The notes under the pieces were generated by a model. It did no database searches. It was not told the origin of the DNA and was given only the letters and a program-made list of their open reading frames with translations. 64,000 bases of DNA from Octopus sinensis (lineage: Eukaryota): the NCBI RefSeq assembly GCF_006345805.1, contig NC_043004.1, positions 51,026,001-51,090,000 of the forward strand, in the 5' to 3' direction. The position numbers were made by a program, and so were the translations under genes. Positions 50,660 to 63,358 of the stretch are shown here, one piece after another. The first letter of the stretch is position 1. Each line of letters starts with the position of its first letter.

Positions 50660-52210
50660 ATGTGGCAAAAGAAATAAATGAGATACTTACTCATACTCAT
50701 GGAAGAAGCAAATACTAAGTCACGGGCACAACTAAGTACCCCAAATACACACAAAATAGAAATACTCCAGTCCATTCGAGGCACGTGCGATTTGAACTGA
50801 GGCTCTCACAGAGTGAGTTACTTAGTTCGGAAGCTCTTAGTAGCTAACTCTGAAATCGGTCCGATATGGTAATAATGGAATTTTTTAGAAATTTCTGTCA
50901 GCCTTTTTTCGAGTAGCGTGCGTATTGTGAAAAAGTTATATGGTTAATGGACAATATGTCCAATTTTTCGGCATATTTGGCATTAGAAATTTTTTTCCTT
51001 TGCCCTCATTTATGAATTGTATATATATATATATTGGGGTTTTTTTTATCAGTAGGAGTAATTTTTATGTTTTCGTTTACATTTATTTCATTTAACTTAA
51101 GTTACTCTTAAGTTCACTTTCTCTAAAAGTATAAAAGTTCACACCGGGTATGAGTGTGATTGTCAGTGCGTGAGAACTCACGTGTGTAAAGAATTTCTTG
51201 GGGTGACAGTAATTAAAAAAGGTATGTAAAAGATAATTTATTTTAAAGATATACTTTTCTGTTTGTAAATGTTTTTTCTTACACGCATACACGGGCGCGC
51301 GCGGGTACGCACACACGCTCATACACACACACGCGCGCGCGCGCGCGCACGGAATGACTTGGTGAGGGGTGGGGAATTAAAAACTCAAATTACAAAGTTT
51401 TGGGTTTTTGTTGTTGCTTAAAATTCCAGCAATGGACCACCACCTCATCATTCTATAAAATGTGTTTATGGTTTAAAAGAATTAAAAAACATCAATACAA
51501 GTGAGAAAGAAATGGGATGCGTTAGAAACAACAGCTCAAGCTCCCTTAAATCACACACCTGTCGTTCGAAAATTAATTTGAAATGAAAAACAGAAGCAAA
51601 TTGCTGATTCGGACTAGCTGTATTTGAAGACCATGATTTTAAGAAATTTCGAAAAGAAGCCAAAATTTTAGTTTTTATGTGGGAGGTGGATGGTGGGGCT
51701 AATGAAAATAAATTTCAAACTTCCACTATTGTTTTAAAATTATTCTTTATTTTATTTTATTTTTTGTTTTGTTTGAAAATAAAGACAGTGGGAATTGTAA
51801 TGATGATCACCGATCACGAACATTTTTTTAAAACTTCAAGTTTTCTCCCATTGTTTTTCAGTTTATAGTGTAAAAGAAACTTGGTCAAAATCAGAACTGA
51901 GTAGGGAAGGGGCATTCTAAAAAATTTATGAATTTTCAATTTTTTTTTACGAAAATGGCGAAACCCATTGTTTTTAGATGCTCACTGAGAAAAAAGCAAT
52001 AAAAAGATAAAATAAACGGGTAGACGAGGGGATTCATATATTTTCAAAAAATTCTGTTCATTTGCAAGGGTGTGGTAAAATAAAATTTGAAAAATCCCCT
52101 TCAAAACGGAGAAAATTCAATTTAAGCGGGTGTGTCCGCCAAGGGATTCTAGCCTGAAACTTGCCCGGCAACGACAGGATACTCAGATAGTGTGTGTGTG
52201 GGTGGGTGTA

Positions 52211-52330
<120 letters not shown>

Positions 52331-52416
52331 CACATACATACACATACATACATACATACACACATACATGCATACATACATACATACATACATACATACA
52401 TACATACATACATACA

Positions 52417-52450
<34 letters not shown>

Positions 52451-52462
52451 CATACATACATA

Positions 52463-52600
52463 TAATCAGTCGAAATTGCGAGGATGATCCGGTTCTTGAT
52501 TGAGGATAAAAGGTTTCGAATGACCCGTCCTTGCTTTTTTGTATCGTCTATCTAGTTGTCCGGATGTTTTGCGTTCTTGTCCCATTTTGTATTTTATTTT
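52463..52600 (+). repeat. 5'-truncated family R1 terminal repeat
   Basis: taatcagtcGAAAttgcg..gatccgg-t-tcttga-TTGAGGA; same start point as the 815 copy. Confidence 0.7.
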
Positions 52601-52619
52601 ATATATATATACATACAGC

Positions 52620-52676
<57 letters not shown>

Positions 52677-52758
52677 CAGAGATACATAGATTTACATATA
52701 CAAAAATAGATTCATATATACGTACATACATACATACATACATACACATACATACATA

Positions 52759-54013
52759 CAGGGATTGGACAAAATAATGGAAACACCTAGCATCAGAGCA
52801 TCATAATTTTCAAATATCTATAAAACCGTCAAAAGCTTGTTTATTTTTATGTTTTTTGATTTATTACTAGTGTTGCTTAATATGTTTTGCTAAAATTGCT
52901 GTTTCTTTTCAAATATCATCAGAAAATGGTAATTAAAATCCATTAAAATGACAGATCTATCGGACTTTCGAAGAGGTCAAATTGTTGGTGTTCGTATGGG
53001 AGGCGCTAGCGTAACGAAAACAGCCGAAATGTTTGGTGTATCAAGAAGTACTGTCTCGAAAATAATGACAGCCTTTGAGAAAGAAGGAAAAACCTCCTCT
53101 TCGAAACAGAACTCCGGAAGAAAACCAAAACTTTCAGATAGGAACTGTCAGACTCTTACGCGTATTGCTAGAAAGGATCACAAAAGAACTGCTCCCAAAA
53201 TTACTGCAGAGCTTAATGACCACCTCGAGAACACAGTTTCCACAAAAACTGTTTGCTGGTAGCTGCACAAAGCCGGATGTCACGGGAGAGCTGCAATCAA
53301 AATACCACAATTTTCAAAGCAAACGTTGCAAAGCGTTTAGAGTGGAGTAAAAACCTACAGAATTGGTCCCTAGAACAGTGGAAGAATGTTATTTTCTCGA
53401 ACGAGTCATCCTTTACCATATTTCCGACCACCGGCCGAGTATACATGTTGAGACAGCCGAAGGAACATTTGACCCAGACAGCCTTCTTCCAATTGGTAAA
53501 CGTGGAGGATTTGTGATGATCTGGGTGACTATATCTTGGAAATCCGCCGGCCCAGTGGCAGAATTAATAGTCAAGACTATTTAAGCATTTTATCTGATCA
53601 AATTTATCCTATGGTTGCGGAACTGTTTCCAGAGAGAAACGCAATCTTTCAGGATGATAATGCACCAATTCACACAGCTAAATTTGTTACTGAATGGCAC
53701 AAGGAACATTCTAATGAAGTTGAACATCTTATCTGGCTACCACAGTCCCCAGATCTCAATATTATTTAACATTTATGGTGCATTTTAGAAAAACAAGTAA
53801 GGAGTCGATATCCTCCACCATCGTCACTACAAGAACTAGATATTGTTTTAGCTGAAGAATGGACAAAAATTCATTTGGAAACAATTCAAACTTTTTACGA
53901 GTCCATACCTCGTAGAATTCAAGCTGTAATTACTGCCAAAGGCGGTGCTACCTCATATTGAAATAAATTCGTTTGAAATTTTAAAGTGCTTCCATTACTA
54001 TGTCCAACCCCTG
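52759..54013 (+). mobile_element. Tc1 transposon, full length, transposase pseudogene (same family as 4372-5618)
   Basis: TIRs cagggattggacaaaataatgg / tatgtccaacccctg with TA flanks; VIFSNES, FQDDNAPIHTAK, QSPDLNII. Confidence 0.95.
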
Positions 54014-54052
54014 TACATACATACATACATACATACATACACACATGCATGA

Positions 54053-54464
54053 TACTCTTTACTCTTTTACTTGTTTCAGTCATTTGACTGTGGCCATGCT
54101 AGAGCGCCGTCTTTAGTCGAGCAAATGGACCCCAGGAGTTATTCTTTGTAAGCCTAGTACTTATTCTATCGGTGTCTTTTGCCGAACCGCTAAGTTACGG
54201 GGATGTAAACACACCAGCATCGGTTATCAAGCGATGCTGGGGTGACAAATACAGACACACAAACATACACACACACATACATATATATATATACATATAT
54301 ACGACGGGTTTCTTTCAGTTTCCGTCTACCAAATTCACTCACAAGGATTTGGTCGGCCCGAGGCTATAGTAGAAGACATTTGCCCAAGGTGCTACGCCGT
54401 GGGACTGAAACTGGAACCATGTGGTTCATAAGCAAGCTACTTACAACACAACCATTCCTACGCG
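54053..54464 (-). mobile_element. SINE family A
   Basis: Reverse-complement copy. Confidence 0.9.
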
Positions 54465-54470
54465 TATATG

Positions 54471-54501
<31 letters not shown>

Positions 54502-54818
54502 GTGTGTGTACACACATACATATGAAAACATACGCAAGCACACACGCGCGCACACACACACACATACACACACACACACTCAGTCAACAGAGATCTTGAG
54601 AAACATATTTCCATGGAGACGTTATGTCTCTCCAAGCCAGGTGACAGGAAATATCAAGTACTGTTGATATTTCATTTGAAGATCTATTAATTGTTCGTCT
54701 GAGCTTGATAAAACAAATACCAGTAATACACCAGGTGCCTCATATCAACATTACCTTCGTGTCTTTATATTCTTACCGCCTTTGCCGCCAAATATAAAAA
54801 GGAGTGTATAAGAGAAAG

Positions 54819-54876
<58 letters not shown>

Positions 54877-55476
54877 GGTGGGGAGCGGCGGGTGGGGTAG
54901 AATGACTGCCATTGAAGCTTTTATTAGTTTTTAGACCAAACTTTTGTTTTTCTTGGCTGCAATGATAGTTGTGTGGCATATCCGGGCCCACCTTTCTTCT
55001 CTCTCTTTCTCTTTCCCTCTCTCCTCCCCCCTCTCTCTCTCTCTCTCTCTCTTACATACCGTACTCATGGTCTCTGGCTCCCAGCCTGATTTGATATCTA
55101 TGTCGCTTTCACAGCCTCTCCTGCTTCAGTTATTCTCTACTTCTCTCTCTCTCGCTCTCTCTCTCTCTCTTTCTCTCTTTACAACGCACATGCAAACATG
55201 TGCGCGTGTGGGTACGTGTTTGTGTGAGCGCGCGCGCGTGTGTGCATGTGCTTGTGTGTGTTGTGTGTGTGTGTGTGTGTGTGTTGTGTTTGTGAGCGTA
55301 TATGTGTGTGTGAGCATGTGTATGTGCGTGTGTGTGTTCGTACGTGAGTGTGCGTGTGTGTGTATGCCTGTGAGCGTGTGCGTTGTTTATGTATGCATAC
55401 GTGCTGGCATGTACGTCTGTGTGTATGTATGTATGTATGTATGTATATATATATATATATTATATATATATATATT

Positions 55477-56410
55477 GGCGGGCTGGCCATATCGGAGCAA
55501 TCTCAAGATTAATCAGCCGAAATTGCTAAGATGATCTGGTTCTTGACTGATGACTGAGGGCTTCGAATGTCCGTCCTGTGGTTCTGTGTCGTCTCTGTGG
55601 TGTTTCATGTTCTTGTCCATGTCTGTAATTAATTTTACTGTTTACCTATATAATCGGCGGCTACGTATCCACAATTGTCCTTATACGATAAGTATATTTT
55701 TTTCTCTAGCTTTGATACGACTCTTAATCTGTCTCTTTTTCTCTCTCTCTCTCTCCTCCCTTATTCCACTTCCTTTCTTTCCCTCTCCATCCGTCCCCCC
55801 CCCTTCTACGTTTCTCTATCTCTCTCACCTCCAGCCCCCTCGATCTGTCTCTTTCTTCTCCTCCCTCGTCCACCTTCTCTCCTCTTTTCATCTGTCCCTT
55901 TCTCCGTCTTTTGTTCTCACGTGACAGCTAGCCGCTGTTGAGCGCTCTTTTCGTTTTCAGCAGCCGCAGAAGCAACACGTATTTGTCGTCTCCCCGTGCC
56001 TTTAGCACTTCACAGCCAGCCCCAACTCAAATCGTCCTGTCGAAGACCCTTGTCCTACGTCCTGGTTTTGTTTGTTGTTTATTTTTTATTTTTACCGTTA
56101 TTGTTTTTACGTTTTTGATTCTTATTGGTGTCACGTATTCTGTATTTGTTTGTGTACTTCGATCGTTTTCCGTCCTTTCGTTGTATACATTCGAAGCTTT
56201 TTCCAGGGGATCTAATGCGCTTGGCTTAGATTTCCCTTGGCGGCTGGCCATATCGGAGCAATCTCAAGATTAATCAGCCGAAATTGCTAAGATGATCTGG
56301 TTCGACTGATGACTGAGGGCTTCGAATGTCCCGTCCTGTGGTTCTTGTGTCGTCTCTGGTGGTGTTTCATGTTCTTGTCCATGTCTGTAATTAATTTTAC
56401 TGTTTACCTA
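55477..56410 (+). mobile_element. Non-coding element with ~170-bp direct terminal repeats, each holding a reversed-order HHR (family R1); duplicated at 57007-57938
   Basis: 55477-55650 matches 56238-56410; 761 nt between predicted cleavage sites 55502 and 56263; (TA)n flanks. Confidence 0.8.
55487..55562 (+). ncRNA. Putative reversed-strand-order hammerhead (family R1, intact core)
   Basis: ccatatc-gg-agcaa-TC|-tcaaga-ttaatc-agcc-GAAA-ttgct-aagat-gatctgg-t-tcttga-CTGATGA-ctgag-ggct; further copies at 56248-56321, 57018-57091 and 57774-57850. Confidence 0.7.
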
Positions 56411-56967
56411 TATATATATATATATATAGATATATATATATATATATAATATATATATACTTTATTCAAAAGCAGCAGAAATTCAATAAAACCTGTTACT
56501 CGGAGTTTCAACGTTCCCGTTCGTCGGCAGTTTTGCTAAGTAAAGCATATTACTCTACCCCTGGTATTTGAGTACTCTTTTTTCCACCTTGTTTCACATT
56601 TATGTGTTTACTCCGGTATATATATATATATATAATAACAAAGGGTAAAATTAATTAATTAAGAAGTAATCGTTCAAATGTTTCTAGTACCTTCGGATTG
56701 TTACAGAAAATCCATACTGATGAAGAATATGGTTAGTAAAGTATATATTTTTATATTCTTTATGTAAAAACCTATTCAGAACGCGCGTCTATGGATGATC
56801 GGATATTGATTGATTTTCGTTTGCTTTACTTTACTTTCTGCTATGTGATTAAACTTCAAGTATTTTGGGTTCTCTGGAAGTAGAAGAAATGGCTAAGAGT
56901 TTTGGCTGCTATTTCTGAACTTCGGTGTGTGGTGAGGCAATTCTTTGCTGAACCCTTTTATTAGTAT

Positions 56968-57003
<36 letters not shown>

Positions 57004-58020
57004 ATATGGCGGGCTGGCCATATCGGAGCAATTCAAGATTAATCAGCCGAAATTGCTAAGATGATCTGGTTCTTGACTGAGACTGAGGGCTTCGAATGTC
57101 CGTCCTGTGGTTCTTGTGTCGTCTCTGTGGTGTTTCATGTTCTTGTCCATGTCTGTAATTAATTTTACTGTTTACTATATAATCGGCGGCTACGTATCCA
57201 CAATTGTCCTTATACGTAAGTATATTTTTTTCTAGCTTTGATACGACTCTTAATCTGTCTCTTTTTCTCTCTCTCTCTCTCCTCCTTATTCCACTTCCTT
57301 TCTTTCCCTCTCCATCCGTCCCCCCCCCTTCTACGTTTCTCTATCTCTCTCACCTCCAGCCCCCTCGATCTGTCTCTTTCTTTCCTCCCTCGTCCACCTT
57401 CTCTCCCTTTTCATCTGTCCCTTTCTCCTGTCTTTTGTTCTCACGTGACAGCTAGCCGCTGTTGAGCGCTCTTTTCGTTTTCAGCAGCCGCAGAAGCACA
57501 CGTATTTGTTCGTCTCCCCGTGGCCTTTAGGCACAACTTCACAAGCCAGCCATACTCAAATCGTCTGTCGAAAGACCCTTGTCCTACGTCCTGGTTTGTT
57601 TTGTTGTTATTTTTTATTTTTACCGTTATGTTTTACGTTTTTGTATTCTTATTGGGTCACGTATTCTGTATTTTTGTTTGTGTACTTCGATCGTTTTCCG
57701 TCCTTTCGTTGTATACATTCAAGTTCTTCCAGGGGATCTAATGCGCTTGGCTTAGATTTCCCTGGCGGGCTGGCCATATCGGAGCAATCTCAAGATTAAT
57801 CAGCCGAAATTGCTATAGATGATCTGGTTCTTGACTGATGACTGAGGGCTTCGAATGTCCCGTCCTGTGGTTCTTGTGTCGTCTCTGTGGTGTTTCATGT
57901 TCTTGTCCATGTCTGTAATTAATTTTACTGTTTACCTATATATATATATATATATAGATATATATATATATATATAATATATATATACTTTATTCAAAAG
58001 CAGCAGAAATTCAATAAAAC

Positions 58021-58059
58021 CTGTTACTCGGAGTTTCAACGTTCCCGTTCGTCGGACAG
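58021..58059 (-). ncRNA. Minimal hammerhead, CCGACGA core variant (also 56493-56530; truncated + copy 19152-19183)
   Basis: Minus strand reads ctgt-CCGACGA-acg-ggaa-cgt-t-GAAAC-tccga-GTA|-acag. Confidence 0.65.
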
Positions 58060-58235
58060 TTTTGCTAAGTAAAGCATATTACTCTACCCCTGGTATTTGA
58101 GTACTCTTTTTTCCACCTTGTTTCACATTTATGTGTTTACTCCGGTATATAAATATATATAATAACAAAGGGTAAAATTAATTAATAAGAAGTAATCGTT
58201 CAAATGTTTCTAGTACCTTCGGATTGTTACAGAAA

Positions 58236-58324
58236 ATCCATACTGATGAAGAATATGGTTAGTAAAGTATATATTTTTATATTCTTTATGTAAAAACCTA
58301 ATTCAGAAACGCGCGTCTATGGAT
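58236..58324 (+). ncRNA. Type I hammerhead (family Z3; second copy 56710-56796)
   Basis: atccata-CTGATGA-agaat..ggtt/aacc..attca-GAAAC-gcgc-GTC|-tatggat; stem I is 7 bp. Confidence 0.85.
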
Positions 58325-58859
58325 GATCGGATATTGATTGATTTTCGTTTGCTTTACTTTCTGCCTATGTGATTAAACTTCAAGTATTTTGGGTTCTCTG
58401 GAAGTAGAAGAAATGGCTAAGAGTTTTGGCTGCTATTTCTGAACTTCGGTGTGTGGTGAGGCAATTCTTTGCTGAACCCTTTTATTAGTATATATATATA
58501 TATATATATATATACATACATATATATTTATACACACATACACATGTATTAATATCTATATCTGTGTTTGTTTTGATATTCATATTTTCCTAAACACACA
58601 TTAACTTTTACAAGGAAAACAGTGACAGTGGTTCGAGCAGTAGTGAGAATGCTCTATGTGTATTCTCTCTTTGTGCTTTGTTAGCATGTACTCACTGCTG
58701 TCAGCATGCTAAGGCAAATTCTGTTGTTACTGATATAAAAAAAAAATTGAAATATCACTGATGTTTCACTTAAACGTCTAGCTGAATAAAAATTCATTAT
58801 GTGCATCAGAATCAATATTCTGTGTATCGTACTTAATGTAAATACATCACGAAAATCCT

Positions 58860-59950
58860 AATTAACTGAAGATGCACGTTTACCTCTTTGTCTTTAATCG
58901 ATTTCTGTTTCCACTTCGTCCATCATACTCAATTATGGTTACTAATTCTAAAGACCAGACTATGAAGCTTTTGAGATCGAATCTTTTAGCTCCAGTATTT
59001 GGCCATGATCATTTCTATGTGCACAACGGGCAGCTGATTTCGTTGGCAGAGCATATTTTTCTCTTGGTTCTAAACAATATCTGGCCAGTTGTTTTTAAAA
59101 ATGGTAGCTATTTAAATTCTTTAAGTTCCACCAATATTCTTTTGACCCATTGGTGTCAATATAGTCAAGTTTGTAATTTCCTTTTTCATATTCTGTGTCA
59201 GACTGTTCTGGCTATCACATCAGGCCTCATGGGAAGATGATATCTAGGATACATTCTCTTGCAGTTGGCAATAATGTGGCTGATGTCTTTGTTTTGCACG
59301 GCTTACATTTGTTGTCCGCCAATGTTTTCTGCCTTTTATGTTGCAGATACTTGGTGAAAATCTTTCCTTCTGGACGTAGCCTTCAAAGTGGCATGTCATA
59401 AACTTGCTAGCACTTTATACCAAGCTTTTGGTATGGTCTCTTTTCACTATAGTTTGTGTTTTTCGTGCCAAGTACTCGTGCACAACATTCTTAGTTAACT
59501 GGTCCATTATTTTTTATTTTGTTGTTCTGATAAATAAAACTGACCAACGTACCTCGAGATCTGCACCAGCTCTTATTTCATGCCTCTTCTCGAGTTCATT
59601 CGCCATCCTAATGATATTGTTATGCTTGCAACGCTGGACGCGATAGTCGCTGGTCTCTTTCCTCTGCTACAGATGTTGCTCTGATGTTTCAATACATGCT
59701 TCACATGATATCAATACGGATTTAAGACTGTGGCCACCATCCTGGCATTGTAAGTATAATCTGACTACATTTCCGTTGAAGTTTCCTGCAACACAGATCA
59801 GCTGGCGAATCCGTGCGTCTGTCGATTGGACCTCTTGAAGCAACCAGTTTAGAAGGCCAAAAGTGAACGTAACGATTGGCACTGCAAAGCTGTTATGGGT
59901 GATATGCTTGTTGTAAGGCGAGAGTTTGTGCCACTATATTTTTTCTCTCA
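58860..59950 (-). pseudogene. Decayed RLE LINE (R4/Dong-like) fragment
   Basis: FAVPIVTFTFGLLNW..DARIRQL..RLYLQCQDGG, a CCHC-like region and a PD-type endonuclease remnant. Confidence 0.75.
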
Positions 59951-60437
59951 TTCCTTCTCTTCTTACTGATGGGTTCATACATATGTATGAGTGTGTGTGT
60001 GTGTGGTGTGTGTGTGTGTGTGTGTGTGTTCTCTTGTGTTCTTAGTTATTTGAGATCTTCCTCTAATATTTCTTCTGGATCTTTACATTCTGAATTCAAA
60101 TCTCGCCGAGATCAACATTGACTTTCATCCTTCTGGGGTCGATAAATACCAGCCAAGTAGCGGAGCGAGTGGAAGGGATTAACCTCTTTCTTCATATTCC
60201 AAGCCTTATACCTATATTTAAAACATGAGCTAGCAGAATCCTTAGTGCGTCGGATAAAATGCTTAGAGACATTTCTTACGGTACTTTAAGTTCTGAGCTG
60301 AAATTCTACCGAGGTCGACTTTACTTTTTATCCTTTCGGGATCGATAAAATAAAGGACTAGCGAAGCATGGGGGTTGATGGAATCGAGTTATCCCTGCCC
60401 TGAAAACTGTTGGCTTGTGCCTATAGTGGAAGGGACC

Positions 60438-61315
60438 ATCATCATCATCATCATCATCACCATCATCATCATCATCCCCATCACCATCACCATCATCATC
60501 ATCATCGTCATCGTCATCGTCATTATCATCGTCATCGTCATCATCATCGTCATCGTCATCATCATCGTCATCGTCGTCATCGTCATCGTCAACATCATCA
60601 TCGTCGTCATCGTCATCGTCGTCATCGTCATCGTCGTCATCGTAATCGTCATCATCGTCATCATCGTCATCATCGTCATCGTCATCATCGTCAGTCATCA
60701 TCGTCATCGTCATCATCGTCATCGTCATCATCGTCTTCGTCATCATCGTCATCATCATCATGGTCATCATCATCATGGTCATCATCATCATGGTCATCAT
60801 CATCATCATCATCACCATCACCATCACCATCACCATCACAATCACCATCATTATCATCATCATCATCATCATCATCGCCATCACCATCGCCATCGCCAGC
60901 ACCATCACCATCACCATCGTCATCGTCATCGTCATCGCCATCGCCATCACCATCATCATCACCATCATCATCATCGCCATCGCCATCGCCATCTCCATCA
61001 CCATCACCATCACCATCCTCTTCGTCATCGTCATCGCCATCGCTATCGCCATCGCCATCATCATCATCGTCATCGTCATCGTCATCGTCGTCATCATCAT
61101 CATCATCATCATCATCACCATCACCATCATCACCATCACCATCACCGTCACCACCACCATCACCTCACCATCATCATCACCATCATCATCATCATCATCA
61201 TCATCATCACCATCGCCATCGCCATCGCCATCATAATCATCATCATCATCATCATCATCATCGTCATCGTCTTCGCCATCGCCATCACATCACCGTCACC
61301 ATCATCATCATCATC

Positions 61316-61346
<31 letters not shown>

Positions 61347-61622
61347 CCATCACCATCACCATCATCTTCATCATCACCATCATCATCATCATCATAATCA
61401 TCATCATCGCCGTCGCCATCGCCACGCCATCACATCACCATCACCATCATCTCATCATCATCATCATCATCATCATCACATCACCATCACCGTCACCATC
61501 ACCTCACCATCATCACCTCACCATCATCATCATCATCATCATCATCGCCATCGTCATCGCCATCGTCATCGCATCGCCATCGCCATCACCACCCATCACC
61601 ATCACCTCACCATCATCATCAC

Positions 61623-61656
<34 letters not shown>

Positions 61657-61872
61657 TATCATCATCATCATCGCCATCACCATCACCATCACCATCATCT
61701 TCATCATCATCATCATCATCATCATCACATCACCATCACCGTCACCATCACCTCACCATCATCATCACCATCATCATCATCATCATCATCATCGCCATCG
61801 TCATCGCCATCGTCATCGCCATCGCCATCGCCATCACCATCACCATCACCATCACCTCACCATCATCATCAC

Positions 61873-61915
<43 letters not shown>

Positions 61916-62342
61916 GCCATCACCATCGCCATCGCCAGCACCATCACCATCACCATCGTCATCGTCATCGTCATCGCCATCGCCATCACCATCATCATCA
62001 CCATCATCATCATCGCCATCGCCATCGCCATCTCCATCACCATCACCATCACCATCCTCTTCGTCATCGTCATCGCCATCGCTATCGCCATCGCCATCAT
62101 CATCATCATCGTCATCGTCATCGTCATCGTCGTCATCATCATCATCATCATCATCATCACCATCACCATCATCACCATCACCATCACCGTCACCACCACC
62201 ATCACCTCACCATCATCATCACCATCATCATCATCATCATCATCATCATCACCATCGCCATCGCCATCGCCATCATAATCATCATCATCATCATCATCAT
62301 CATCGTCATCGTCTTCGCCATCGCCATCACCATCACCGTCAC

Positions 62343-62392
<50 letters not shown>

Positions 62393-62559
62393 CCATCACC
62401 ATCACCATCATCTTCATCATCACCATCATCATCATCATCATCATCATCATCGCCGTCGCCATCGCCATCACCATCACCATCACCATCATCTTCATCATCA
62501 TCATCATCATCATCATCACATCACCATCACCGTCACCATCACCTCACCATCATCATCAC

Positions 62560-62602
<43 letters not shown>

Positions 62603-62987
62603 GCCATCGCCATCGCCGTCGCCATCGCCATCATCATCATCATCATCATCGCCATCGTCATCGCCATCGCCATCGCCATCACCATCACCGTCACCATCAC
62701 CTCACCATCATCATCACCATCATCATCATCATCATCATCATCATCGCCATCGCCATCGTCATCGCCATCGCCATCACCATCACCATCGTCATCGCCATCG
62801 TCATCGCCATCGCCATCGCCATCAACATCACCATCACCATCATCATCACCATCATCATCATCATCATCGTCATCGCCATCGCCATCGCCCTCGCCATCAT
62901 TATCATCATCATCATCGTCGTCATCGTCATCGCCATGTCCATCACCAACACCATCACCATCACCATCGCCATCACCATCACTATCAC

Positions 62988-63022
<35 letters not shown>

Positions 63023-63081
63023 CTATCACCATCATCATCATCATCATCATCATCATTACCATCATCATCACCATCCCCATC

Positions 63082-63113
<32 letters not shown>

Positions 63114-63304
63114 CATCATCATCACCCTCACCATCACCCACACCATCATCATCCTCATCATCGCCATCGCCATCATCATCATCGCCATCGTCATCGTCAT
63201 CGTCGTCGCCGTCGCCGTCACCGTCACCGTCATCGCCATCGCCATCATCATCATCATCATCATCATCACCACCATCATCATCATCATCATCATCATCATC
63301 GTCG

Positions 63305-63350
<46 letters not shown>

Positions 63351-63358
63351 TATTATTA
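60438..63358. repeat. ~2.9-kb degenerate (CAT/CAC/CGT/CGC)n array with ~1039-bp higher-order repeat
   Basis: The rare word catcgccagc recurs at 60891 and 61930; catctcc and cctcttcg recur at similar spacing. Confidence 0.92.

Larger units (their letters stand above)
47458..51020 (-). mobile_element. AT-rich PLE-derived element: pLTR with HHR, thumb + N-rich linker + GIY-YIG ORF, no in-strand RT
   Basis: (TA)n flanks; 50833-51020 is an inverted copy of 50450-50639; HHR at 50605-50659; half-HHR GAAAC-gatc-GTA at ~47492-47512. Confidence 0.7.
55477..58490. repeat. Tandem duplication, period ~1.53 kb
   Basis: 55477-56965 recurs at 57007-58490, differing mostly by 1-2 nt indels. Confidence 0.9.

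Noticed and set aside
55547-55575. Alternative conventional HHR reading CTGATGA-ctgagggcttc-GAATGTC
   Set aside because: It lacks GAAA and the downstream sequence cannot pair with tcttga; the upstream strands give complete, covarying helices instead.
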